Assembly (NCBI RefSeq): GCF_947568905.1
Contig: NC_079166.1
Location: 69,626,001 to 69,690,000, forward strand
Length of the DNA: 64,000 nt
DNA from: Ostrea edulis
Lineage: Eukaryota
Direction of reading: 5' to 3'
Made by a program: the position numbers and the translations under genes
The notes under the pieces: generated by a model
What the model saw: the letters and a program-made list of their open reading frames with translations, nothing else
What the model was told of the DNA's origin: nothing
The model's database searches: none
In this document: positions 41,832 through 51,988 of the stretch, one piece after another
Layout: every line of letters begins with the position of its first letter
How positions within the stretch are numbered: the stretch's first letter is position 1

Positions 41832-42583
41832 TGTAACCGTCATGTATTTAAATCAAAACACACTGGTGGTTCGGGTTCTAAAGTTCTTTATTTTGATATC
41901 CTAATTCTGGAGGATGATCTAAAAAATATGTAAAATACATGTAATTAAGTTCTCTCTCACTCTATCATTCACACGTTTAGTTATATTAAAATAATGATTA
42001 CAAAATATTTATAAATTAATGTAATAGATAAATATTTACCAATAGAGTAAATTCAAACTCTTACCGTAAACTCGGAAGAACAGAAACTGCAGTAAAACTT
42101 AGTTCATCCCCATGAATATGAATGAAATGAAACGACTTACGATGAAATCAGTAACGTAATGAAATTATATTAGTATGTTAAATATGAATTATTTCATCCT
42201 GTGACATTCTCCCCCTCTTAGAGAAAATGTCTCCTGACATTTCTAAGATCAGAACTCAGGACTGTAATAAAATTCAATTAAATATTAATATTAATAATGA
42301 TACTAATGCAACTGATCTGGAAAGGAATCCTCTTCTGTAAATAAGAAGATCAAATAACAGAAGCTGCAACATGTAAATACTCATGGCCGCAACATGCAAG
42401 ATAATCAGTTTTAGTGCACATTGTAATGTCATAAATAAAATTGGATCAGATACTGCTCTGAAAAATTATATGATTAATCCACTTAAAATAAATTAAGCTA
42501 AATCCTAACTAATCATATGAATAAGTTATAAGTACGAAATATCCTAAAACTATCTAGACTGTTTCATCCTGTGACATTCTCCC

Positions 42584-45500
42584 CTAAACATACCAAACTT
42601 GCGCAGTTTGTTCACCTACAACCCATTCCCCATATCTATCTGGATGTTTTCGTACGCGATCTGAGCGACGGATTTGTGGACTGAATGTAGACCGGCTCGA
42701 TTCACTATTTCTTGACGGATTATTTATATTTACGTTCGAATAATCTGCAAAAGAGTTGGTGTTAGAGCTATTCCGGAGTTCAACAGAAGAAAATGTTTCT
42801 TGCTGTAGTGAGGGTCTACTATCATCAACACTAAAAGTATAGATTGTCCCTATATCACCTGATCCCATATGTTCACTTGAACTATTGAGACAAGTATTGT
42901 GATTAACACCTGAAGTGTTTAAGACATTTCTATCCGTATATGATACGGGTTTGGACACAAATATAATTTGATCCTTCTCCGAATCGCTTGATTCTGAGTC
43001 GCTATCGGTACTGATACTCCCGCTTTCTTGTTTCTTCTCTGTTGTATTCCTAGTGTACTTACTTCGCTTGGAAACAGTTTGGGGAATTTCTGAAGCGCAA
43101 TCATCATCTGAAAGATACATAAAGGGTAATAATAAATTTCTATGTAAATATCTAGATTGACCCTTGCCAGATGATCTTTGAACTCTGTACACAGGAATAT
43201 CGTCATTTGGAATGTCCAAGACGACATAAGGATCTTTTTCCCATTTGTCTGATAGTTTACTTTTCCCTTTCTTTGCTAAAAGTCTAACTAAGACACGATC
43301 ACCAATCTCTAATTTGGAATAACGTACTTTGTTGTCATAGTAATGCTTATGCCTGGAATTATTTTTCTCTATGTTTTTCTTGGCAACATTATATGCAAAC
43401 TTTAGTCTTTTCTTAAGTTTTTCTGCATAATTTGCACGACTAGTTGGCTTTGATGTATCCGAGTCATCTAAATTTAAAAATGCGTCGACAGCAAGTCTAG
43501 GATGCCACCCAAACATTAAATAATGAGGTGAAAATCCTGTGGTGTCTTGCCTTGTTGCATTATATGCATGTACCAAAGGAAGTATACATGATTTCCAGTC
43601 TTCCTTCTTGTAATTTTCTAAAGTTCCCAACATTTTTATCAAGGTTTGATTGAATCGTTCCACAAGACCATTACCCATTGGATGATAAGGTGTAGTTCGA
43701 CTCTTACTGACACCAGCAATTTTACATAATTCTCTGATGATTTTACTTTCAAAATTTCTACCTTGATCGGAATGTAGTCTCTCAGGAAAACTATAATGAC
43801 AAATGAAATTTTCGAATAGAGCCTTTGCTGTTGTCTTAGCAAGTTGGTTGCGTGTAGGAACTGCCATAGCAAATCTAGTAAAATGGTCAGTAATGACTAA
43901 AACATTTTCAAAACCACCTTTTGACCTTTCTAGAGTCAAAAAATCAATACATAATATCTCTAATGGTTTTGTGCTTTGAATGTTTACCAGATTAGCTCTA
44001 GGTATCTCTGATGTTTTTCTCCTCACACATCTACCACATGTTTCAACTCTATCCTTGATTTCCTTATCCATTCCACTCCAATAAAATCGCTGTTTCGCTA
44101 ACCATAAAGTTTTATCCCTACCTTGATGACCTGCATCATTGTGTATTCCCTTGAAAGCTGTTTCTCTGAACTGGAAAGGTAAGACTAACTGCCTAGCATT
44201 TGAGCTTTCTACTAAAGTGTTTCTGTATAGAATACCTTTTCTTATTTCAAAATCCTTCCAATTTTTCAAATAATCTCTAACTTCATAAGTTTCTTTCTGT
44301 AATTCTTTACCACTAGGTCTTAAACCTGATTTAAGTAAATCTAAAACTCTGTTGATGGAATAATCCTTCCTTTGCTCCTCTATCCAGTCTATGTTTCGAA
44401 AATCATCTTGTGATATATCATCCTTGAAATTTTCAAGTTCTGCACTCTGGGATAAAACAATACATTCTGCGAGTGGTAGTTCCTCCTTCTCAACTAAAAC
44501 AGCAGAAGTAAAAGCTTTTATAACATCAGGAAAGACTTCAGTAGATCTGCGAGATAACCCATCAGCATCTCTATTAGATTTACCAGTTTTGTAAATCAAT
44601 TTGAAATTGTAATTGGAAAGGGATGCCAACCACCTATGCGACATTGCATCTAGTTTGGCTGTGGTTGTAACATAAGTTAATGGGTTATTATCTGTATAGA
44701 CTTGGAAAGTATTTCCATACAGATAATCATGGAATTTATCACACAATGCCCATTTTAAACACAAAAATTCTAACTTGTGGGCAGGGTAATTACATTCGCT
44801 TGGTCGCAAACTTCTACTGGCATACGCAATTACTCTGTCTTTAACGCCTTGATTTTGGTATAAAACAGCACCAAGACCATCTTTGGATGCATCTATATTG
44901 ACAATAAAAGGTTTGGTAAAGTCTGAAAACGCTAATATTGGGGGTGAAGTAAGTTTTTCTATCAAACTATTGAATGCTTGTTGTTCTTTCTTACCCCATA
45001 TCCATGGTACTTTCTTTCTCTTAGACGATTTCGCCTTTTTATTTGTTGGATGTCCTACCAAGAGATTGTTCAAGGGTTTTACTAACCTTGCATAGTCTTT
45101 GACAAACCTCCTGTAGTACCCAGTAAATCCTAGAAAGGAACGTAATGATTTAATATTTTTAGGGACTGGCCAGGTTTTCAAAGCCGATATCTTTTCAGGA
45201 TCTGTTTGAATACCATTTTCTGAGACAACATGTCCCAAATATTTTACTTCCGATTTGAAAAACTCGCACTTGGAAGGTTTTAATTTCAAATTATGTTTTT
45301 CTAATCTAGTGAATACACCCTCTAATCTCTCTAAATGTTCTTCAAATGTAGATGAAAAGACAAGAATGTCATCCAAAAATATTAAACACTCTTTAAGATT
45401 CATTTCACCCATACAAGTCTCCATTAATCGCTGAAACGTAGCGGGTGCATTGGTTAATCCAAAAGCCATGCGATTACATTCATAAAATCCTAAAGGACCT

Positions 45501-46447
45501 AATGAAAAAGCTGTTTTATGCTTATCTTCCTCTTTGATCTCAACTTGCCAATAACCAGATCGAAGATCTAACTTTGAAAAATACTTACTTCCCAAAAGAG
45601 TATCTATTGTCTCATCCACTCTAGGAAGATTGTAAGCATCTTTAATGGTTCTGTTATTTAGTTTTCGCAAGTCTATACAAAACCTAAGAGAACCGTCAGC
45701 TTTTCTAGCAAGTACCACATTCGAACAATATGGACTTTTAGATTCTCTAATTGCTCCGGCCTCTAGCATTTCTTTAAGATGTTGCCTTACCTCTTCATAC
45801 ATTGCAGGTGGTATTCTCCTGTATGGTTCTTTGAACGGTGTATGATCTGACAACCTTATTTCGTGTTCTACTAGATCGGTTCTTCCAATGTCAATAAAGG
45901 ACGTCGAAAAAATATGTTTCCACCTATTCAAGAAATCATAACTCTTTTCTACCTGATCCTCAGACAAATTAGTTTCATTAACCTTGACTCCTAATTCTAC
46001 TAAATTGACATTTGAGATATCTTGACTTGCAATTGTCTTTGATGGTTCCCAAGAATCAACAACTTTGGCGGTACTCAACTTGCATATTACAGACTTTGGT
46101 TGAATCTTAATAGCTTGAGGCGACATATTGCATACCCGCACGGGAACTCTTGAGGTTTTACCATTTTTAATAGACACAACCCTAGGACAGACTAAAAGAC
46201 TTTGGTTTGGAAATGTATCTGTTTGCTCTGTAATAGCTGTATCTACATTATTGGCATTCACTGATTTTACTATCCCCGACAGGGTTTTAACCTCATGTGG
46301 TCCAATCGTAATAGAATATCTGTTAGTTGTTTTGACAGGAATCCCACTAGCACTTAAGTTTGAAAAAGCTAATTCCCACTCATCTGGTACCTCTAAATCC
46401 TCATATTGTGAGAACTCTGCATATTTTGATAATATTAGTGCCCACAA
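42584..46447 (-). CDS. pol: pol (RT, RNase H, integrase) of the inner Gypsy; open frame but disconnected from protease by a frameshift
   Basis: LRFCIDLRKLN, FSKLDLRSGYWQ, MAFGLTNAPATFQR and IFLDDILV; DASKDGLGAVL; H...GHQG...C..C; IDFL, SDQGRNFES and GNGLVERFNQTL. Confidence 0.9.
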   Translation of the reverse strand: MWALILSKYAEFSQYEDLEVPDEWELAFSNLSASGIPVKTTNRYSITIGPHEVKTLSGIVKSVNANNVDTAITEQTDTFPNQSLLVCPRVVSIKNGKTSRVPVRVCNMSPQAIKIQPKSVICKLSTAKVVDSWEPSKTIASQDISNVNLVELGVKVNETNLSEDQVEKSYDFLNRWKHIFSTSFIDIGRTDLVEHEIRLSDHTPFKEPYRRIPPAMYEEVRQHLKEMLEAGAIRESKSPYCSNVVLARKADGSLRFCIDLRKLNNRTIKDAYNLPRVDETIDTLLGSKYFSKLDLRSGYWQVEIKEEDKHKTAFSLGPLGFYECNRMAFGLTNAPATFQRLMETCMGEMNLKECLIFLDDILVFSSTFEEHLERLEGVFTRLEKHNLKLKPSKCEFFKSEVKYLGHVVSENGIQTDPEKISALKTWPVPKNIKSLRSFLGFTGYYRRFVKDYARLVKPLNNLLVGHPTNKKAKSSKRKKVPWIWGKKEQQAFNSLIEKLTSPPILAFSDFTKPFIVNIDASKDGLGAVLYQNQGVKDRVIAYASRSLRPSECNYPAHKLEFLCLKWALCDKFHDYLYGNTFQVYTDNNPLTYVTTTAKLDAMSHRWLASLSNYNFKLIYKTGKSNRDADGLSRRSTEVFPDVIKAFTSAVLVEKEELPLAECIVLSQSAELENFKDDISQDDFRNIDWIEEQRKDYSINRVLDLLKSGLRPSGKELQKETYEVRDYLKNWKDFEIRKGILYRNTLVESSNARQLVLPFQFRETAFKGIHNDAGHQGRDKTLWLAKQRFYWSGMDKEIKDRVETCGRCVRRKTSEIPRANLVNIQSTKPLEILCIDFLTLERSKGGFENVLVITDHFTRFAMAVPTRNQLAKTTAKALFENFICHYSFPERLHSDQGRNFESKIIRELCKIAGVSKSRTTPYHPMGNGLVERFNQTLIKMLGTLENYKKEDWKSCILPLVHAYNATRQDTTGFSPHYLMFGWHPRLAVDAFLNLDDSDTSKPTSRANYAEKLKKRLKFAYNVAKKNIEKNNSRHKHYYDNKVRYSKLEIGDRVLVRLLAKKGKSKLSDKWEKDPYVVLDIPNDDIPVYRVQRSSGKGQSRYLHRNLLLPFMYLSDDDCASEIPQTVSKRSKYTRNTTEKKQESGSISTDSDSESSDSEKDQIIFVSKPVSYTDRNVLNTSGVNHNTCLNSSSEHMGSGDIGTIYTFSVDDSRPSLQQETFSSVELRNSSNTNSFADYSNVNINNPSRNSESSRSTFSPQIRRSDRVRKHPDRYGEWVVGEQTAQVWYV

Positions 46448-46808
46448 TTATAGGAACCTTACTACTATATTCTGTTCCTTTTGTGACCAAAACGGGTGCA
46501 TAAATTGGTTTAGAAGATAGAAAAGGGATCTTAAGCTCTACCTCTACATAACCTGAAAATGGTAATGCGCTACCCTCAGCACTATAGACCTTCAATTCAA
46601 AATCTTCAATATCACGCAAAACAGGCTTATTTTCAAACAAATTATAAAATTGCTCTGACATGCAAGTGATCATTGAACCGGTATCAATCAAGGTTTCCGT
46701 TTCAACTCCGTTAATATATATTTTGCTCTCATTCGGTTCACCTACCATTCTTGATAATAAATTTGAATTTTGATTAGGGCTTTTACTATTCTCTCGTTCC
46801 CCCTCCAT
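46401..46808 (-). CDS. Aspartic protease of the inner Gypsy
   Basis: LIDTGSMIT active site and PIIVGTN C-terminal motif. Confidence 0.88.
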   Translation of the reverse strand: MEGERENSKSPNQNSNLLSRMVGEPNESKIYINGVETETLIDTGSMITCMSEQFYNLFENKPVLRDIEDFELKVYSAEGSALPFSGYVEVELKIPFLSSKPIYAPVLVTKGTEYSSKVPIIVGTNIIKICRVLTI

Positions 46809-46828
46809 TCGCCCTGTAATAGAAGAGG

Positions 46829-47952
46829 TTACTCTTTTAACTGAGAGTCTGCTTCTTCTGTTTTTATAGCATAATTTTGACCTCGACCTTTGCCTCTATT
46901 ATGACCTCTACTCCTATTGTTATAACTTTGGCTTCGTCCTTGGTCCATTTTCTGATGACTTTGTACAGGTGCATTGTTTTCTAACTGATGAACCCTTTTA
47001 TTCAGTTGTTGAAAACTTTTTGAATTGTCATCTATTTTCTGTTCTAACCTTTGAAGTGAAGCTATCATCTTCTGTAGGTCATTATGCAAATCTGTAGATG
47101 TATCTGCTCTCTCCGCATGTAAAACCGTTGGTCTGGATCTAATTCTTCTTGTAGAGCCTTGCAATGATATCTCCTCCCGCTGAACCTTCCTGATCTCCCT
47201 AAGAAGAGTTTCAAAGTTTTTAATAGTGTCAAACAAATGTCTAGTACTTTAATTGTTGACTATTCAAACCAGTCCAAAATTTACTCCTAAGCATTCCATC
47301 TTTCGCTACTCCATCAATGTGACCAAAAGTTATAGCTTTTGACAAGGTATCTTCTAACCTTGAAGCATATACTATGATAGACTCATTGTCCTTTTGACAA
47401 TCATTATAAAATGACTGCATCAATGTCTCACCTGATGCAACATTTCCAAAAAAAAACATCAAGTTTCTTCAGAATGTCCCTGACAGAAGCTTTTTCACCA
47501 ACTGATACCAGCATACTTCTAGCTAAACCTTTTAGTGAATTCCGCACTACTTGATGTAAAACATGTTCAGGATACTGTCCTGAATTCTGAAGACATTTCA
47601 CTTCAAAATTCCATACTTCGTACTTAACCTCACCTTTCTGTGGTTCGTCGGTTCCACTAAATGTAGGTAACTTTGGATTCTGAAATTGGTTTGTAGACAT
47701 TGTAACATTACCTTGTAACCTTGACTCTTCTCTGGTTTTATTCATCGCATTGACTAGCCTAGTCAAAGGGGGAGGTGTACCCTTAGCTATGGGAGTACTG
47801 GTTACTTGCTCTCTTTTGAGACTAGCATTTAATAATACTTCATATTCCTTTCTCGTAAGGACTTTATAATCTGGACATTGATTTATTTTTTCAATATGCT
47901 GCTTTAAATCCTCTAGTTCAGTCTCCTTACTTGTTTCCCTATCAGTGGCCAT
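46829..47952 (-). pseudogene. gag: PNMA-like gag of the inner Gypsy with one frameshift and one stop
   Basis: PKLPTFSG...KGEV.YE.W..EV motif; frameshift at the A-run near 47449-47457; TAG at ~47241. Confidence 0.85.
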
Positions 47953-48264
47953 GTTTACCTAAATAATGGGGTTACTGACTGACTGCATATACAAGTAAAT
48001 AATATCTTATAAATGAAATAGTATGTAAATAATTTACAACTGCATGAATAAGATGGAACAACAGTATGACTGGGTCAATCCCTACCTACACTGACTCAGC
48101 AGAGCAAAATCTAAACATACTAGATACATATTAGATAATATCTATGGCACTATCTACTAGAAACAGGTATAGACTCTGTGATTGGGTCTGTCCCTACCTA
48201 CAGAGACCTGCCTCACATGTGAAGTCCCAATACAACATAATGTTAAAACGAACAAGACATAGAA

Positions 48265-48981
48265 TCAACAATGAATAAAAATATTCTCTATGAGTCTCTT
48301 CAACCAGACACGGGATAACGTATAATCTGGGTGAACACCATCCAAATACAGACTGAAATTGTAAGAAATTCTATGTGATTTACCTTTTTCTTTTCTGTAT
48401 CTCAATGTGTCTAGTTTATATTTTGGGCCAAACACTGAGCGAAGACCGTTGATATATCTGATGTAATCGTTTAAAATGCCAATGATCTCACTCAGAACTT
48501 TGTCCTTCTCTCTAAATATTTCAGGATCACTGTGACCCTTGGATTTATTCCATTGTACAATCGAGTATGGTGGAATTTCCAAAAATATAGGAATTACCTC
48601 TGGAAAGTTTTGGATGTATGCCCTAAACAAATCTATGTAGTAGGTTATATTCCTAACACAGGAGGAATGGTCTACATACCTGAAATCTATGAACTTCCCA
48701 TTCTTCCTGGTAACGTCACAGGTCCCAAGCCAGATGTAAAGCGTAACGCGTCCGTGTCGCTTGATAAGTTCAGGCAAATTCCGTTTTATCCACGGCAAGA
48801 AATCAGGAAATCGAGCACCTGGTCTACATTCAAATTGTATATGAAGTTTTACCTGCTTCAACAAATCAAAATGTTTTCTTAAATAATTCCCTATGCTAGT
48901 AGAAATAAGTACAGGCTGACTTGCTATAGATTTCGATACTAAAGGTCTCTCTAAATACTTAAGTAATTTACTATTACTCAT
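48265..48981 (-). CDS. SGNH/GDSL hydrolase-fold protein in the leader of the inner Gypsy, 238 aa
   Basis: Blocks I STSIG, II RPGA, III WLGTCD and V DGVHP in the correct order and spacing; located between the PBS and gag. Confidence 0.78.
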   Translation of the reverse strand: MSNSKLLKYLERPLVSKSIASQPVLISTSIGNYLRKHFDLLKQVKLHIQFECRPGARFPDFLPWIKRNLPELIKRHGRVTLYIWLGTCDVTRKNGKFIDFRYVDHSSCVRNITYYIDLFRAYIQNFPEVIPIFLEIPPYSIVQWNKSKGHSDPEIFREKDKVLSEIIGILNDYIRYINGLRSVFGPKYKLDTLRYRKEKGKSHRISYNFSLYLDGVHPDYTLSRVWLKRLIENIFIHC

Positions 48982-50573
48982 GTAATTTAAATAAACATAC
49001 ACTAAGCAATCTAACAACGTACTGCTACAACACCTGTAATAGATATATGTTAAATAAAAAAATCACTGCTAGGGTCTCATCTGAAAGAAATATACTAAGT
49101 TAATATCATAGCATGTATATTTACATTTGAAAACTGCAGCTCAATTTAACACAAGCGTAAATATGAAAATCTATTTGATCACCTGTAAAATGAAAATATA
49201 CTCTAGAAATTTCTGTTTTAGTAATTTGTTATTTCATGATGAATGATTGACGATGATATTTAAGATTGTACGTTCAAATCACACCACGAACCGATTACAG
49301 CTCACGTTTTCCGAACTCGTACTTGCTGTCACACTTCAGTGCTTTCGCTTCAAGTTAAATAGTGCAAAATATTAGTAACATGCAAGGGAATTAGAAAATG
49401 TCGGTACTTAGGTTTTTTTTTCTTTAACCTGAATTCACCTCAGTTCATACAAGAAATTATTTAGATTTAGTTAAACTTTCACTCCAAAATCTCTCATACT
49501 ACATAGTACAAAATATATAACTAGTGCGTATATGATCAATGTAAAATTGAAATTTTCACAATATAAAACCATTAATAATCATAAAGAAAGAGTCAAAGGA
49601 TTGAAAACATGATCCAACGTTGATTTATGAATCCTGAGAGTCTGGGCACTGCATATATTACGTACGTATAGACGAATTACGGAATCGGCATGAATATACT
49701 CAGCCGTAGTCACGTGACTGAACGAATCGTGGGGTATAACGGTTAATGTTCACAAACAGTTCATCACCGGCCGGGCTGAAGAATTCTTGTTGAAATCTGC
49801 TCAGAACGGAATTAATAGATCTAGATCTGTAGTACTGAATGGCCTATTTGTTCGAATAGAGATCTCATTAGCGAGCGTAGTTGCAACTTGAAGATGTTTT
49901 AAATATAAAAGTACTCATCACAGAGAATAGAAATCATGACAAACTCCAACGTAGATACAGATCATCCTGTATTGGTTAGGAACTCAAACATCAACGTGGG
50001 CGCCATTGTAACCGTCATGTATTTAAATCAAAACACACTGGTGGTTCGGGTTCTAAAGTTCTTTATTTTGATATCCTAATTCTGGAGGATGATCTAAAAA
50101 ATATGTAAAATACATGTAATTAAGTTCTCTCTCACTCTATCATTCACACTTTTAGTTATATTAAAATAATGATTACAAAATGTTTATAAATTAATGTAAT
50201 AGATAAATATTTACCAATAGAGTAAATTCAAACTCTTACCGTAAACTCGGAAGAACAGGAACTGTAGTAAAACTTAGTTTCTTTGATGTGACAATATGTG
50301 AATAATAAGTCACTCAGTCCGGGTATGGAGTGTTGCTGGGTTCGTTTCTGGAATTGGCGTGAATCTTGCTTATATAGCACCAAACCAGTAAAACAACTCA
50401 CAAGATACTCACAACTACACACAAACCATACTGACCTTTCACACTTCTCTCTCTACCAATCAGCGTTCATCCCCATGAATATGAATGAAATGAAACGACT
50501 TACGATGAAATCAGTAACGTAATGAAATTATATTAGTATGTTAAATATGAATTATTTCATCCTGTGACAAGTG

Positions 50574-51400
50574 GATACGTGCATCAAAAGTAAGCATCTA
50601 TTATGAAACGACTTGCTAGATTTCTGTTAACATATAGAACTTCGCCGCATTCAACAACAGGGGAAACACCTGTAAAGCTGTTCATGGGACGTGAACTATT
50701 TACTAGCCTTACACGACTAAAACCAAATATTCGCAACACTGTAGAAGCGAAACAAGAGAAAATGTGTTACCCGCGCACTTCTGAACCTGACTGCCAGTTC
50801 AACATCGGTAACAAGGTTGCTGTTCGTGACTATCGCTGCAATGGTGAGAAATGGATTCCCGGCACAATTGATTGTAAAACAGGACCCCTTTCGTTTAAGG
50901 TGGCAATTACACTTAAATTACACTTCATTTCAAATTTAAGGATTATCTCCCTCACGCATAGCTCTTATCCTTAAACGAATTTGACTCCACTTTTTTGGCA
51001 CACTGTTTTCCCCTATAATAGCTCTATAACTTGTTATTTCAGATTCCAAACATTTCGGTTGAGCATCACTGAAGAGACATTATTTGTCAAAATGCGCATC
51101 TGGTTAATCAAAATTGATACCGTATACATTTTACACCAGGCACAACGTGACGACGTCATACCGATCAGATCCGATCGGCATATTTCTTTAATTCTCCTCA
51201 AATTTCACTGAACTTAAATTGTGATCAACCATCAATATCTTCGTACGATACTACTCCACCATTAGAAATCTCGGACGATCATGTTGTTGGCCAGCAGGAC
51301 AAGGGCAATTAAATAGAGACCAAATGTTGTGCACCTGAACCGACTCTGCCTGCTTCTGCAACCCCTGAAAAACGTTACCCAGCCCAATCCACGCAAAACG
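50574..51400 (+). pseudogene. Integrase C-terminal part of the outer Gypsy
   Basis: RLARFLLTYRTSPHSTTGETP...GRELFT.L..LKP, F..G.KVAVRDYR...KW.PG and RRH.DQIR continue the frame broken at 41831. Confidence 0.85.
50924..51135 (+). mobile_element. Truncated retrozyme copy with an inactivated hammerhead
   Basis: Same repeat as 1447-1773; core GAAA changed to AAAA and stem I 3' strand altered (tggtta). Confidence 0.75.
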
Positions 51401-51585
51401 TTACCAGGACTGATGAAACACTATTTCTATATGCATGCAACATTTTGAATAGTTAACATTTTAAACTTGTCAAAGTCCAGTCAAGACTCTATACTTGCAA
51501 GTTAGTATGTAAATATTCATTCTTTATGTATTCCTTTCACTAGACTAAACTAGTGTGAAGTATTTGTTTATTTCCAACATTTCGG

Positions 51586-51638
51586 TTGAGCATCACTGAA
51601 GAGACATTATTTTTCGAAATGCGCATCTGGTGCATCAA
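51586..51638 (+). ncRNA. Minimal type I hammerhead ribozyme (one stem II mismatch)
   Basis: Core intact; stem II GACA/TTTC instead of GACA/TGTC; predicted cleavage after 51627. Confidence 0.75.
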
Positions 51639-51935
51639 AATTGGTACCGTATACGTTTTACATTATGATCCCTGGGTTGAGGCCTTTGCTGGTGGACTGT
51701 TAGTCCCCGGGGGTGTCTACAGTCCAGTAGCTACGTACTTCGTTACTAGCTTGAAAATACGGATGTATATTTAATTGCTGTTATAAAATTTAGAAATTCA
51801 TTTCAAAATTAAGGATTATCTCCCTCATGCACAGCTTTTATCCTTAGACGAATTTGACTCAACTTTTTTGGCACGCTGTTTTTGGCTATAATATCTCTAA
51901 AACTTCATTGTTATTTCGGATTTCAAACATTTCGG

Positions 51936-51988
51936 TTGAGCATCACTGAAGAGACATTATCTGTCGAAATGCGCATCTGGTGCATCAA
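51936..51988 (+). ncRNA. Minimal type I hammerhead ribozyme (intact)
   Basis: GCATCA-CTGAAGA-GACA-ttatc-TGTC-GAAA-TGCGCA-TC-TGGTGC; predicted cleavage after 51977. Confidence 0.85.

Larger units (their letters stand above)
41832..50569 (-). mobile_element. Young Ty3/Gypsy LTR retrotransposon (inner element)
   Basis: LTRs 41832-42206 and 50007-50569; 4-bp TSD AGTG at 41828-41831 and 50570-50573; PBS tggcgcccacgtt at ~49993-50005 (tRNA-Lys-like); PPT at 42207-42219. Confidence 0.95.
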
